Source: an uncultured Pseudomonas sp. (lineage in GTDB: Bacteria; Pseudomonadota; Gammaproteobacteria; Pseudomonadales; Pseudomonadaceae). From it: a stretch of DNA of 64,000 nt. A model generated the notes under the pieces. It ran no database searches, had not been told where the DNA came from, and saw only the letters and a list, made by a program, of their open reading frames with translations. Positions 47,871-58,358 of the stretch are shown here, in pieces; the first letter of the stretch is position 1, and every line of letters begins with the position of its first letter. The position numbers were made by a program, and so were the translations under genes. The stretch spans positions 8,268-72,267 of the forward strand of contig CAZOEC010000004.1 of NCBI GenBank assembly GCA_964578635.1, read 5' to 3'.

Positions 47871-48695
47871 TTACTGCATCTGCACCTTGGCTGCAGTGAG
47901 ATTGTGAGCTTCTTCGACCCGCCACTGACGCAGGTGGCGTGACAACAGCAACTCGGCACCGATCAGTGCCAACATCAAGATAAACAGCACCAACAAGGTC
48001 AGGTAGAACGGTTTGAGTACCTGGCTAAGTTGCTGCTTGAGCAGGCCCAATAGGAAATCTGCATGGAACAGCTGCTCGACCCGCGCATCCAGCACATCCA
48101 GAATCACCTGCGGTTTCATCCCGGTGTAGTTGCCGGCCTGCTCCACCGCCACGTCCCTGACCACCACGGTCAGCAGTTGTTGTTGCAGTTGCTCGAACAA
48201 CTTGAGGGCAATGCGCTCACTGAACGAGGCACCATCGAGCTGCGGAGCAAGGGCCAACAACTGCGCCTGCAGATATTGCGCAGCCAACTGGTTGAGCACT
48301 TCCTGCACGCTCATGCTCTGCAACTGCTGCCCCAGAGCCTGCTGATCCTGAGCCTTGAGGAAACGTTCGAACTCCAACCAGACGCCACCAGCAACCACCT
48401 GTACCAACGGCGCGTAGGACTCCATATGACGATGCACCTGCTGCTGGCCGCCGTACAGCATGCCGCCTTGGGAGCCGAGAACAGCGCCGCAGAGTGGCAA
48501 TACGAGGAAGTACAGTTTGAGCAGCCAGTGGTGCCAGCGCTTGCGCCGAGCCAACCAGCCGCGGCGATGCAGGAACAGCGCTAGCAGCAGACCAAAGAGA
48601 GCTCCCAGCAAAATGCCAAGGCTGATATAGCCAAACAGAGAAATAAAACTGAAAGGTTCCCACAACCCTTCGAGCAGAACCTGAGCCTGGTCCAT
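47871..48695 (-). CDS. Hypothetical membrane protein
   Basis: AGGAG RBS before ATG 48695; three TM segments around a Gln/Leu-rich helical domain. Confidence 0.7.
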   Translation of the reverse strand: MDQAQVLLEGLWEPFSFISLFGYISLGILLGALFGLLLALFLHRRGWLARRKRWHHWLLKLYFLVLPLCGAVLGSQGGMLYGGQQQVHRHMESYAPLVQVVAGGVWLEFERFLKAQDQQALGQQLQSMSVQEVLNQLAAQYLQAQLLALAPQLDGASFSERIALKLFEQLQQQLLTVVVRDVAVEQAGNYTGMKPQVILDVLDARVEQLFHADFLLGLLKQQLSQVLKPFYLTLLVLFILMLALIGAELLLSRHLRQWRVEEAHNLTAAKVQMQ

Positions 48696-48805
48696 AAAGG
48701 CAACACTCCTTGTCATCAATTTCGGACGCACAGCCTAACTCAGCTGCACGCCCACTTCCGTTTCAAGCACCTAGGTTGTGCACAAGGCCACAAAGGCCTG
48801 ACAGC

Positions 48806-50278
48806 TTAGCGGAACGGTGGCTCATCAAAGCTGCGCAGTTTGCGCGAGTGCAGCGAGTTAAGCTGGTTGCGCAGTAAATCGAGCGCAGTGATGCCGATAT
48901 GCAGGTGCTGGGTTACCGCGCGCTCGTAGAAGGCACCGGCCGCGCCGGGCAGTTTGATCTCGCTGTGCAGCGGTTTGTCGGAAACGCACAGCAGCGTGCC
49001 GTAGGGCACCCGCAGGCGATAGCCTTGGGCGGCGATGGTGCCGCTTTCCATATCCACCGCCACGGCGCGGGACAGATTGATCAGCGGCCGTTCCTGGGCC
49101 CAGCGCAGTTCCCAGTTGCGGTCGTCGTATGTCAGCACGGTGCCGGTACGCAGGCGCTTTTTCAGCTCGTCACCCTGTTCGCCAGTAACCAGCTTGGCCG
49201 CTTCCTGCAGCGCCTGCTGCACCTCGGCCAGGGCCGGCAGCGGGATATGCGGCGGCAGCACACGGTCGAGAATGCCGTCGCGGCGCATATAGGCGTGGGC
49301 CAGCACGTAGTCGCCGATGGTCTGCGACTGACGCAGGCCGCCACAGTGGCCGATCATCAGCCAGCAGTGCGGGCGCAGCACGGCCAGGTGGTCGGTGATG
49401 TTCTTGGCGTTGGACGGACCGACGCCGATATTGACCAGGGTAATGCCATGGCCGTCCTCGGCCTGCAGGTGGTAGGCGGGCATCTGGTAACGGTGCCAGA
49501 TAACGTTCTCGATAATCGCCTGCATCTCGCCTTCGGCCATGCCGCGCTCGATCACCACATTGCCCGGCAGCACCATACGGTTGAAGCGCGACTCGCCCAC
49601 CAGCATGTCCAGGCCATGGCGAATAAACTGGTCGACGTAGCGGTGGTAGTTGGTCAGCAGAATCCACGGCTGCACATGCCGCCAGTCGCTGCCGGTGTAA
49701 TGCACCAGACGGCGCAGGGAGAAATCCACCCGCGCGGCATCGAACAGCGCCAACGGCAATGGGTCGGTGTTTTCCCAGTCGTACAGGCCATCGGCGGTGC
49801 CGTCGGTGGCGGCGGACAGGTCGGTGCTGGGGAAGACCCGCGCCAGTTCGGCGGCGGTCACCCCGGAGCCGGCCAGCTCATCGCCCTGCTCGACCACATA
49901 GGGATAGGGAATGTTCTGCTGACTGACGCCCACCTCGACGCGCACGGTGAAGTCGCTCATCAGCGGGCGCAGCTGCTCCAGCAGGTATTTGCGGAACGCC
50001 GCCGGGTGGGTGACGGTGACGCTGTAAGTGCCCGGCACCTGCACCTTGGCATAGGCGCGCACGGTGGTCGGCACTTCGCCCTGACACAGGTAGATCAGGC
50101 GCAGCTCCGGGTAGCGAAAACGCGACTGCTGATCGGCATCCGGCTTGATACGTTCCTTGAGATAGCGCTTGAGCGCCTGGCTCAAGCCGGTGGTCGCCTG
50201 CAGGTGCAAGGCGGCCAGACGATCCACCGCTTCTTCAGCGGTGTTGGCGACAATAAAGTCATCGGAACAAGGGTTCAC
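48806..50278 (-). CDS. amn: AMP nucleosidase
   Basis: LLTNYHRYVD, QMPAYHL, NIGVGPSNAK, DMES, KLRSFDEPPFR. Confidence 0.96.
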   Translation of the reverse strand: MNPCSDDFIVANTAEEAVDRLAALHLQATTGLSQALKRYLKERIKPDADQQSRFRYPELRLIYLCQGEVPTTVRAYAKVQVPGTYSVTVTHPAAFRKYLLEQLRPLMSDFTVRVEVGVSQQNIPYPYVVEQGDELAGSGVTAAELARVFPSTDLSAATDGTADGLYDWENTDPLPLALFDAARVDFSLRRLVHYTGSDWRHVQPWILLTNYHRYVDQFIRHGLDMLVGESRFNRMVLPGNVVIERGMAEGEMQAIIENVIWHRYQMPAYHLQAEDGHGITLVNIGVGPSNAKNITDHLAVLRPHCWLMIGHCGGLRQSQTIGDYVLAHAYMRRDGILDRVLPPHIPLPALAEVQQALQEAAKLVTGEQGDELKKRLRTGTVLTYDDRNWELRWAQERPLINLSRAVAVDMESGTIAAQGYRLRVPYGTLLCVSDKPLHSEIKLPGAAGAFYERAVTQHLHIGITALDLLRNQLNSLHSRKLRSFDEPPFR

Positions 50279-50688
50279 AAGGCACCTTCCTGGCTGATCT
50301 CAATGGCTCTATCTTGCCCTGATCCGCCGCGTTTGCGATAGCGCGACATCGCATAGTCGCGCGCAGCCAGCAGCAGCCGCAAATCCTCGGGCAACGCCTG
50401 CGGCTTCAGCGGCCCGACCCGCCGCGTACCGGGATTGCCCAGGGGATACAGCCCGAAGAGCGAACCCAGACTCCCAGGCACACGCAGCAGTTGCGCCGCA
50501 CATTCGGCCCAGTCGCGCTGCCGCCAGGCCCAGCCGAGCAGCCACAGATGGCTGCGCAGGTGCTCAAGGAACACCGACTGGCCTAGAATGTGTGCGCGCT
50601 CCAGGTGATAGAGCTCGGCCGCGGGATTCAGACCACGCAGCAGCAGGGCTTGCTGGTATTCATACCAAAAGGCTTGTTGACGGTTCAT
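50275..50688 (-). CDS. DUF3703-like protein
   Basis: HLERAHILGQ....H...H and P.GNPG motifs. Confidence 0.7.
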   Translation of the reverse strand: MNRQQAFWYEYQQALLLRGLNPAAELYHLERAHILGQSVFLEHLRSHLWLLGWAWRQRDWAECAAQLLRVPGSLGSLFGLYPLGNPGTRRVGPLKPQALPEDLRLLLAARDYAMSRYRKRGGSGQDRAIEISQEGAL

Positions 50689-50795
50689 TGCGGGGCACCT
50701 CTGGATTGATTCGCAGCCAGTCTGCAACTGCGGGGCCGCCCCCAGGTCAAGCGCCAACGGCTAATCTGCTCAACAGCCCACCCAAGGATCACGGC

Positions 50796-51527
50796 ATGCT
50801 GCGCCTATCGATAATCTGCCTGTTTGGCCTGTTGCCTGCGCTACTGGCCGCCGCCGAACTGGACGGTCACTACCTCGCCCGCCTCGATGGCCAGCCGGCC
50901 GAGATGATCCTGCGCAGCCAGGGCTCGCAGGTCGAGGGCGAATATGTGGAGCGCAACAACCTGCGCCTGAAGATCAGCGGTCACTTTGACGGCCAGTTAC
51001 TGACGGCGCAGATCAGCGAACCGGGCTCGGGCTTGCTGATCGCCAATATGAATGCCAACTACGCCAGCGGCATGCTCAATGTACGCATCGCCGCCCGCAG
51101 CCCACGCAGCGGCGAGGTGCTGGAACGCGAGGCGCTGTTCCACCGGCAGACCCAAAGTCTGCAGACCGCCAAGACAGAGGAGCAAAACCGGCAACGCGAT
51201 CCGGCACTGGTCGGCACCTGGGTGCACGAGCAGCAGATCAATAGCGGCGGTGCCAGCTTCGCGGCCATGAGCACCCAGATGATCCTGCAACTGAACGCCG
51301 ACGGCCGCGTATCGCAATGGACCCGCAGCGTCGCAGGTGGCGCAGACTGGCACCACGACAGCCCCGGCGAATTGCAATACAGCGGCCTCTGGCAAAGCGT
51401 CGATGGCCTGCTGATGGTGCAACTGCAGGGCCAGAACGACTACCAAGCCGCCGCCTACTACCGCTTCAGCGAGCAGTACCTGATCACCGAAAGCAATACC
51501 GGCAAGCTGATCTGGCAGAAGCGCTGA
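50796..51527 (+). CDS. Secreted hypothetical protein (beta-rich)
   Basis: AAGGA RBS, signal peptide, LVGTW and L.ADG patterns. Confidence 0.7.
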   Translation: MLRLSIICLFGLLPALLAAAELDGHYLARLDGQPAEMILRSQGSQVEGEYVERNNLRLKISGHFDGQLLTAQISEPGSGLLIANMNANYASGMLNVRIAARSPRSGEVLEREALFHRQTQSLQTAKTEEQNRQRDPALVGTWVHEQQINSGGASFAAMSTQMILQLNADGRVSQWTRSVAGGADWHHDSPGELQYSGLWQSVDGLLMVQLQGQNDYQAAAYYRFSEQYLITESNTGKLIWQKR

Positions 51528-51550
51528 CAGCGCCGCCGAAAAAGTCTGGC

Positions 51551-53203
51551 CTAGAGCTCAGCCGGCGAGCTGCGCGCCACCAGCGCCTCGACATCAATAC
51601 CCCGCGGCAAGGTGCCGTAGACCCGCCCGCCCTGGCCGCCCAGACGGCTGGCGATAAAGGCGTCGGACACACGCGCGTTGCCCGCCTCCAGCAGCAGCTT
51701 GGCCTGCAGGGCCAGGGCCACGTCTTCGGTGAGTTGACGGGCGCGGTACTGGATATCGGCGGTGTCGCGGAAGTCCGCCTGGAGTTTTTCGATATGCGCC
51801 TTGAGGCGGGCGTCGCCATGGCCGTCACCCAGCTCATGGAACAGCGCATCGAGTACACCGGGTTCCTTGGACAGGGCGCGCAGCACGTCCAGGCACTGCA
51901 CATTGCCCGAGCCTTCCCAGGTGGAGTTGACCGGTGCCTCGCGGTACAGCCGCGGCAGAATGGTTTCCTCGACATAACCAGCGCCGCCCATGCACTCGGC
52001 GGCCTCGTTGATCATCGCTGGCGCGCGTTTGCAGATCCAGTATTTGCCCACGGCGGTGACCAGGCGGGCGAACTTGCTTTCCTGCGGGTCTGTGGGGTTG
52101 TCCAGCGCCTTGCCCATGCGCAGGGTCAGCGCCAGGGCCGCCTCGCTTTCCAGGGCCAGATCGGCCAGTACGTTCTGCATCAGCGGTTGCTCGCTGAGCA
52201 GCCGACCGCTGACCTGGCGATGGGCGCAGTGGTGGGCGGCCTGGGTCAGGGCCTGACGCATCAGGGCGCTGGAACCGATCATGCAGTCGAAGCGGGTCAG
52301 CGCAACCATCTCGATAATGGTCGGCACGCCACGGCCTTCGTCGCCAACCATCCAGGCCAGAGCACCGCGAAACTCCACTTCGCTGGAGGCGTTCGACCAG
52401 TTGCCCAGCTTGTTTTTCAGACGCTGGATATAGAACTCGTTGCGCGTGCCATCCGGGCGGTGGCGCGGCAACAGAAAGCAGGTCAGGCCCTTGTCGGTGT
52501 GGGCCAGGGTCAGAAAGGCGTCGCACATGGGGGCCGAGCAGAACCACTTGTGGCCGACCAGCTCATAGGCCTGGCCCGGGCCGCCGAGGCCCACCGGATA
52601 GGCGCGGGTGGTGTTGGCGCGCACATCGGTGCCGCCCTGCTTCTCGGTCATGGCCATGCCGATGGTCGCGCCGGTTTTCTGCTCGATCGGCAGATTGCGC
52701 GGGTCGTACTGGGTCGAGAGGATTTTTGGCAGCCAGATCTCGGCAAGATCCGGCTGCAGCTTCAACGCTGGCACGCTGGCGAAGGTCATGGTCAGTGGGC
52801 AACCGCTACCGGCCTCGGCCTGGCTGTGCAGGTAGCTCATGGCGGCGCGGGCCACCTGGGCACCGGGCTGCGGCTCGGTCCAGGGCATGGACGGCAGCCC
52901 ATGCTCGATGGCCGCGCTCATCAGCTGGTGATAAGCCGGATGGAACTCCACCAGATCGACGCGATGGCCATAGCGGTCGTGGCTTTTGAACACCGGCTTG
53001 TTCTCGTTGGCGAGAAAGCCGGCAGCCATCAGCTCGCCGCCGGCCAGAGCCCCGTAGGCATCCAGACGCGGCTCGGCCCAGCCACCACCGAAACGCTTGG
53101 TCCACTCCTGCAGCGGCAGGTCGAGGCGGTACAGGTTGGCCCCATCCAGCGGCGGCACTTGATTGAACACTTCATGGGTTTCGGCGTGCTCACTGGCATT
53201 CAT
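51551..53203 (-). CDS. Acyl-CoA dehydrogenase, AidB-like
   Basis: THEVFNQ, CPLTMT, MTEKQGGTD, KLGN.SNAS, WEGSGN. Confidence 0.92.
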   Translation of the reverse strand: MNASEHAETHEVFNQVPPLDGANLYRLDLPLQEWTKRFGGGWAEPRLDAYGALAGGELMAAGFLANENKPVFKSHDRYGHRVDLVEFHPAYHQLMSAAIEHGLPSMPWTEPQPGAQVARAAMSYLHSQAEAGSGCPLTMTFASVPALKLQPDLAEIWLPKILSTQYDPRNLPIEQKTGATIGMAMTEKQGGTDVRANTTRAYPVGLGGPGQAYELVGHKWFCSAPMCDAFLTLAHTDKGLTCFLLPRHRPDGTRNEFYIQRLKNKLGNWSNASSEVEFRGALAWMVGDEGRGVPTIIEMVALTRFDCMIGSSALMRQALTQAAHHCAHRQVSGRLLSEQPLMQNVLADLALESEAALALTLRMGKALDNPTDPQESKFARLVTAVGKYWICKRAPAMINEAAECMGGAGYVEETILPRLYREAPVNSTWEGSGNVQCLDVLRALSKEPGVLDALFHELGDGHGDARLKAHIEKLQADFRDTADIQYRARQLTEDVALALQAKLLLEAGNARVSDAFIASRLGGQGGRVYGTLPRGIDVEALVARSSPAEL

Positions 53204-53853
53204 GGCTGTGGCTCCTTTTCGGGCAAGGGTGCGCCCACGGCGCGTAGGCAGAAGGTGACCAGGCCCTGGCTGACTTCAGCCAGGCTGGGGGCGGGATAAC
53301 CCGCTTCGCGGGCGGCGCGAGCGGGGGGCGATAAAGGGCCGACCAGGGCTTCGGCGATAGCGCCGACCAGGCAGGCGGCGGTCAGGCCGAGATGGGTCAC
53401 GTGGAATACGCCTGCGGCGTTGCCTTGTTCGAGCAGCTCGCCGAACAGTTCGGCATAGGCCTCACGGAAGAGCAGGCGCTGCTCGTCGACCTGTGGCTCG
53501 ACCGGCTCGGCGATCAGGGCAAAGGCCAGACGCCGGCTGTGCCAGGCGCGCGCGGCAAACTGCTGCAAGCCGGCGGCCAGGCGCTCGGCGGGTGGACCCG
53601 GGCCGCGCAGGGTCTGCAGCAGCGCATCGAGCTCGCCCTGACTGGCTATCGCAAAGACTTCGGCGGCCAGTTCGCCCTTGTTGTGAAAGTGCCGATACAG
53701 GCTGCCGGTGGCAATGCCCACGTCCTCGGCCAGGGCCTGCATGGTCAGGGCGGCGAACCCGCCCTCGACCACCAGCGCCAGGGCGCTGGCCAGTATGCGT
53801 TCACGCAGGGCCTGGTCGCGGTCGATACGCAGGGCTGTAGTGCGGTAAGCCAT
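53200..53853 (-). CDS. TetR family regulator
   Basis: GIATGSLYRHF..K HTH; overlaps the start of the dehydrogenase (ATGA). Confidence 0.92.
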   Translation of the reverse strand: MAYRTTALRIDRDQALRERILASALALVVEGGFAALTMQALAEDVGIATGSLYRHFHNKGELAAEVFAIASQGELDALLQTLRGPGPPAERLAAGLQQFAARAWHSRRLAFALIAEPVEPQVDEQRLLFREAYAELFGELLEQGNAAGVFHVTHLGLTAACLVGAIAEALVGPLSPPARAAREAGYPAPSLAEVSQGLVTFCLRAVGAPLPEKEPQP

Positions 53854-53856
53854 GGT

Positions 53857-53898
53857 CTGAATCCCGATTCACTATTGTTCCAGTGAATCAGGATTCAG
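53857..53898. promoter_or_regulatory. Tandem palindromic operator
   Basis: TGAATC-CC-GATTCA (53858-53871) and TGAATC-AG-GATTCA (53884-53897). Confidence 0.7.
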
Positions 53899-53957
53899 AG
53901 TTTGACTAAAGGGACATTTCGGCCAAGACAGAGACCAAGCCGGGTACTGCGGGCATT

Positions 53958-54196
53958 CGCAGCCCGGATCAACCGCGGCACGCGGTGCAATCCGGGATAG
54001 CAGGTCCCGGATTGCACTGGCGCTTATCTGGGCTACGCCTACGAGGCTACAGCGTCTTGGCCATCATACGGTTGGCCAGCAGAGGCCAGGCAAACAGCAA
54101 CAGGCAGAGAATCAGCTGGTAGCCCGGATAAGCCGCGGAACGCGGTGCAATCCGGGGGCGCGATCCCGGATTGCGCCAAGGCTTATCTGGGCTACG
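53958..54196. repeat. Two tandem REP doublets (GTAGCCCGGAT..GCAATCCGGG family)
   Basis: Repeated GCAATCCGGG..CCCGGATTGC..GCTTATCTGGGCTAC units. Confidence 0.8.
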
Positions 54197-54229
54197 CGGG
54201 CTGCAACCCAGGCCAATCAACCTTTCCAT

Positions 54230-56611
54230 TCAGCCCGCGCGGCAAAGCACCCAGTCATGCAACAGGCGACGCAACTGCTCGAACTTCACCGGCTTGGCCA
54301 GGTAGTCGCTCATCCCCGCGGCCAGGCAGCGCTCGCGGTCGCCGCTGTGGCTGTGGGCCGTGATGGCCAGCACCGGCACATCGGCGCAACCCGGCAGGTT
54401 GCGCAGCGCCCGGCAGGTGGCAAATCCATCCATCAGTGGCATCTGGCAATCCAGCAGAATCGCGTCGACCGACTCGTTACGCAGCAACTCCAGGGCCTCG
54501 GCACCGTTGTCGGCGGTGCGCACCTGGTAACCCAGTTTGAGCAGCATGCCGCGGGTCACCAGCTGATTGATGGCGTTGTCCTCCACCACCAGTACCGTGC
54601 ATTGCTGCGGCTGGCGCAGCGCCGGCGCATTGACAGGCCGCGGCGCGACCGCCTGCGCCGGTGCCTGCACCGGCAGCGCCAGGGGCACTTCGAGGCGGAA
54701 GCGACTGCCCTGCCCCGGCTGCGACTCATGGCTAAGACTGCCGCCGAGCAGATCGACCAGCTGCCGACAGATGGCCAGGCCGATCCCCAGGCCGCCGTAT
54801 TCGCGGGTCATGGAGCCATCCAGCTGCTGGAAGCGCTGATACAGGCGCACTTGCGGCGGCGTTTCGAAGCCCACGCCGCTGTCCACCACCTCGATGCACA
54901 GTGGCAGGTTGTCGGAGCCGTTGCCCACCCGGCTGACCCGCAGCTGAACCGCGCCATGGCTGGTGAACTTGATCGCGTTATCCAGCAGGCAACCCAGGCT
55001 CTGCGCCAGTTTGCCGGCATCCCCTTCCAGGGTATCGGGTAGGCTTTCATCCAGCAGCAGCTCGAAGCGCAGGCCCTTGTCCTCGGCGCGCGGCGCGTAC
55101 TGCGCACGCAGGCCGTCGAACAAGCCGCGCAGGCTGAAAGGCTCGCGCCGCGGGTAGAGCTTGCCGGCCTGCAGCTCGGTCAGGGTGAGGATGTCGTTGA
55201 CCATGCGCATCATGTCCCGCGCCGAACTGGCGGCGGTTTTCTGGTACTGCGCCAGTTCGCCGTCGAGGCGGACCATCTGCATCAGCTCCAGCGAACCTAT
55301 CACCCCGTTCATCGGAGTACGCAGCTCATGGGTGACGGTGGCGAGAAATTCGTCCTTGAGCCGGTTGTTGTTGGCCAGTTCCTGGTTCAGCGCCTCCAGC
55401 TCGAGCCCGGCGTCGTGCAGGATGCGCGCGCGCTCCTCCTTCATCGCATTGATCCGGTCGGCCAGGGCCAGGGACAGCAGGCCAACCTCCAGGGCCGAGC
55501 CGATCTGGCTGGCATACATGGTCAGGAAGATATTCGGCAGGTAGCCCAGCACCATCAATGTATTGATCGCCCCGCCGGCGAGAAAGGCGCTCCAGGCGAT
55601 GATGAAGTAGCGCGCCACGCGCATGCCGCGCAACCAGGCCAGCACCCCGGCGACGAAGATCACCACGGTAAAGGTCAGCGCCAGGAAAGTGGCCAGACGC
55701 AGGGCCAGCGCATAGCTGACCGTCACCGCCAGCACCATTACCCCGGCACCGCAGGCCATCATCACCAGCAGGATGCGGTCGACCCAGGGGCTGTGCTCGG
55801 CGGTATGCAGGAAGCTGCGGGCGAACTGGCAGCCGAACAGCGCCGCCGAGCCGATCAGAAAGGGGGTGGCGGCATTCGCCCACCAAGGGTTGTTGGGCCA
55901 GAAATACTCGATGCCGGCCCCATTGACCGAGACCTGATAGAGGCCGAACGAGGCGATATAGAAGATGTAATACAGGTAGCTGGTGTCGCGCACGCTGAGG
56001 AAGATAAACAGGTTGTAGATCAGCATCACCAGCAGCACGCCGTAGATGATGCCCAGCACGTAGATCCGCGCCGGCTGCTCCTCCAGATAGGCATTCGGGG
56101 CCCAGAGCGTCAGCGGGGCCTGGATCGACCCCTGGCTCTGCAGGCGCAGATAGATGCGCTGCGGCTGGTTCGGCGGCAGCTTGAGTTCGAACAGGTAGTT
56201 GTGCTGCTTGATCTCCCGGCTGGCAAACGGCAGGGCGTCGCCTGTGCGCTGGGCCAGGCGAAAACCACCCGCGGGCGCAGGCAGGTAGAGCTCGAGATGA
56301 TCCAGGGGCGGGTACGCCAGCTCCAGCAACCAGGGCTGCGCCCCCTCCAGCTGAACCGGCTGATAATGCAGGTCGAGCCGCAACCAGAATACCGAGCGCG
56401 AGTAGCCGGCATTCAGCACCGCCTTGTCATGGGGGCGGAAACTGGTCTGCAGCGCCGGCGAGGTGATGTCCTCGATGCTGGCATCGCCGCGTACATCCTC
56501 GAATACCGACAGGGTCTTGCCGAGCGGCAGGCTGCGGGTGTTTTCGTCAAACACCAAGGCCCCGGCCAAACCTGGCAGCAGCATAAAGAAACAGAGAAGG
56601 ATGTAATGCAT
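54230..56611 (-). CDS. ladS: Hybrid sensor kinase 7TMR-DISMED2/7TM/HisKA/REC, LadS-like
   Basis: Periplasmic domain plus 7 TM, THELRTP, NAIKFT, GLGIGL, LLDCQMP; divergent from thiD. Confidence 0.88.
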   Translation of the reverse strand: MHYILLCFFMLLPGLAGALVFDENTRSLPLGKTLSVFEDVRGDASIEDITSPALQTSFRPHDKAVLNAGYSRSVFWLRLDLHYQPVQLEGAQPWLLELAYPPLDHLELYLPAPAGGFRLAQRTGDALPFASREIKQHNYLFELKLPPNQPQRIYLRLQSQGSIQAPLTLWAPNAYLEEQPARIYVLGIIYGVLLVMLIYNLFIFLSVRDTSYLYYIFYIASFGLYQVSVNGAGIEYFWPNNPWWANAATPFLIGSAALFGCQFARSFLHTAEHSPWVDRILLVMMACGAGVMVLAVTVSYALALRLATFLALTFTVVIFVAGVLAWLRGMRVARYFIIAWSAFLAGGAINTLMVLGYLPNIFLTMYASQIGSALEVGLLSLALADRINAMKEERARILHDAGLELEALNQELANNNRLKDEFLATVTHELRTPMNGVIGSLELMQMVRLDGELAQYQKTAASSARDMMRMVNDILTLTELQAGKLYPRREPFSLRGLFDGLRAQYAPRAEDKGLRFELLLDESLPDTLEGDAGKLAQSLGCLLDNAIKFTSHGAVQLRVSRVGNGSDNLPLCIEVVDSGVGFETPPQVRLYQRFQQLDGSMTREYGGLGIGLAICRQLVDLLGGSLSHESQPGQGSRFRLEVPLALPVQAPAQAVAPRPVNAPALRQPQQCTVLVVEDNAINQLVTRGMLLKLGYQVRTADNGAEALELLRNESVDAILLDCQMPLMDGFATCRALRNLPGCADVPVLAITAHSHSGDRERCLAAGMSDYLAKPVKFEQLRRLLHDWVLCRAG

Positions 56612-56855
56612 GCAGCTCAGCCAGAGTAAGCCAGCGGCACCACGGCGCGCCGCTGGAAGCGTTGTATTGGGATGCTGGCACTCTAGCATAGGCATTTGCG
56701 CCAGAGCCCCAGAAAAACCTGAACCGCCTGAGTCTCACAACCTTCGTTGGCCCAGGCCGCTACGCTATAGAGGCATGCGACAGATCGTCCGCCGGGCTGG
56801 CTTTCCTGCCGTTTCGGGGTCTGCAATCGCCGGTTTGGTGGTAAGCTCGCGCACC

Positions 56856-57650
56856 ATGAAAACGCCTACTTCTCGCCCCGTAGTGCTGTGCCTGTCCGGT
56901 CACGACCCCAGTGGCGGTGCCGGCCTGCAAGCCGATATCGAAGCCCTGCTCGCCCAGGGCTGCCATGCCGCCCCCACCGTGACCGCGCTGACCGTGCAGG
57001 ACACTGTCAATGTTTCCGACTTCCGCGTGCTCGACCGCGAGTGGGTGCTGGCCCAGGCCAATGCGGTGATCAACGATCTGCCGATCGAAGCGGTCAAGCT
57101 CGGCATGCTCGGCTCGGTGGAGATGGTCGAAACCGTGCTGCAAATCATGCAACGCCTGCCGGATATCCCGCTGGTCTGCGACCCGGTGCTGCGTGCCGGC
57201 GGTGGCGGCGCACTGGGTAAGGATGAAGTCGGCTATGCCATGCGCGAACGCCTGTTCGCCGTATCGACCATCGCCACGCCTAACCTGCCGGAAGCACGCA
57301 TCCTCGCCGAACTGCCGGATGGCACGGCCGATGAGTGCGCCGAGAAGCTGCTGCCCTATATCCAGCACCTGCTGATCACCGGCGGCCATGGCGATGAGCA
57401 TGAAGTGCACAACCGCCTGTACAGCCGCGACGGCAGCCGTCACACCTTCGTCTGCCAGCGCCTGCCCGGCAGCTACCATGGCTCCGGCTGCACCCTGGCC
57501 AGCACCCTGGCCGGCCGCCTGGCCCTGGGCCAGGAACTGGTCAGCGCCGTGCAATTTGCCCTCGACTACACCTGGCGCACCCTGCGCGATGCCGAACAGC
57601 CTGGCCATGGCCAGTACATTCCGCGCCGCCTGCCGCTGGATGCTTATTAA
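56856..57650 (+). CDS. thiD: Hydroxymethylpyrimidine/phosphomethylpyrimidine kinase
   Basis: GHDPSGGAGLQAD, KLGML, DPV, TPNLPE, HGSGC. Confidence 0.93.
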   Translation: MKTPTSRPVVLCLSGHDPSGGAGLQADIEALLAQGCHAAPTVTALTVQDTVNVSDFRVLDREWVLAQANAVINDLPIEAVKLGMLGSVEMVETVLQIMQRLPDIPLVCDPVLRAGGGGALGKDEVGYAMRERLFAVSTIATPNLPEARILAELPDGTADECAEKLLPYIQHLLITGGHGDEHEVHNRLYSRDGSRHTFVCQRLPGSYHGSGCTLASTLAGRLALGQELVSAVQFALDYTWRTLRDAEQPGHGQYIPRRLPLDAY

Positions 57651-57677
57651 TAGAAAGCCGCTGATGGAGCGCTTGCG

Positions 57678-58304
57678 ATGAAACTGCGTGGCCTGTATGC
57701 CATCACCGACAGCGAATTGCTCAAGGGCAAGCTGCTGCCCTACGTCGAAGCTGCGCTCAAGGGCGGCGCGACGCTGCTGCAATACCGCGACAAATCCAGC
57801 GATGACGCCCGCCGCTTGCGTGAAGCCGAAGCCCTGCGCGAGCTGTGCAACCGTTACGGTGCCGCGCTGATCATCAACGACGACGCCGAACTGGCCGCCC
57901 GTTTGGGTGTAGGCCTGCATCTGGGCCAAGGCGATGGTTCGCTGTCCGTGGCCCGCGCCCTGCTCGGGCGCAAAGCAATTATCGGCGGCACCTGCCACGC
58001 CCAGCTGGAGCTGGCCGAAGCCGCTGCCAGGGAAGGCGCAAGCTATGTCGCCTTCGGCCGCTTCTTCAATTCCAATACCAAGCCCGGCGCGCCGGCGGCC
58101 GACGTCGACCTGCTGGTTGCGGCAAAAGCCAAGGTCAACCTGCCCATCGTCGCCATTGGCGGCGTGACCCTGGACAACGCCCCCGCGCTGATCGCCCAGG
58201 GTGCCAGCATGGTCGCAGTGGTCCACGGCCTGTTCGGTGCCGACTCGGCCGCCGAAGTCGAGCGTCGCGCCCGCGCCTTTAGCGAGCTGTTCATTTCTAA
58301 CTAA
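57678..58304 (+). CDS. thiE: Thiamine phosphate synthase
   Basis: LYAITD, LQYRDK, IINDD, HLGQ.D, VAIGG. Confidence 0.95.
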   Translation: MKLRGLYAITDSELLKGKLLPYVEAALKGGATLLQYRDKSSDDARRLREAEALRELCNRYGAALIINDDAELAARLGVGLHLGQGDGSLSVARALLGRKAIIGGTCHAQLELAEAAAREGASYVAFGRFFNSNTKPGAPAADVDLLVAAKAKVNLPIVAIGGVTLDNAPALIAQGASMVAVVHGLFGADSAAEVERRARAFSELFISN

Positions 58305-58358
58305 TCGTTCTCAGGGGCGGCCCGGCTCGCCCCGACTCCCTGCTTGAGAGGCCCTGCC

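Noticed and set aside
53958..54196. CRISPR-like repeated units
   Set aside because: These are inverted REP doublets without constant repeat-spacer periodicity, and there are no cas genes
56612..56855. TPP riboswitch upstream of thiD-thiE
   Set aside because: CTGAG and ACCTGA are present but in the wrong order, and the conserved stems are absent
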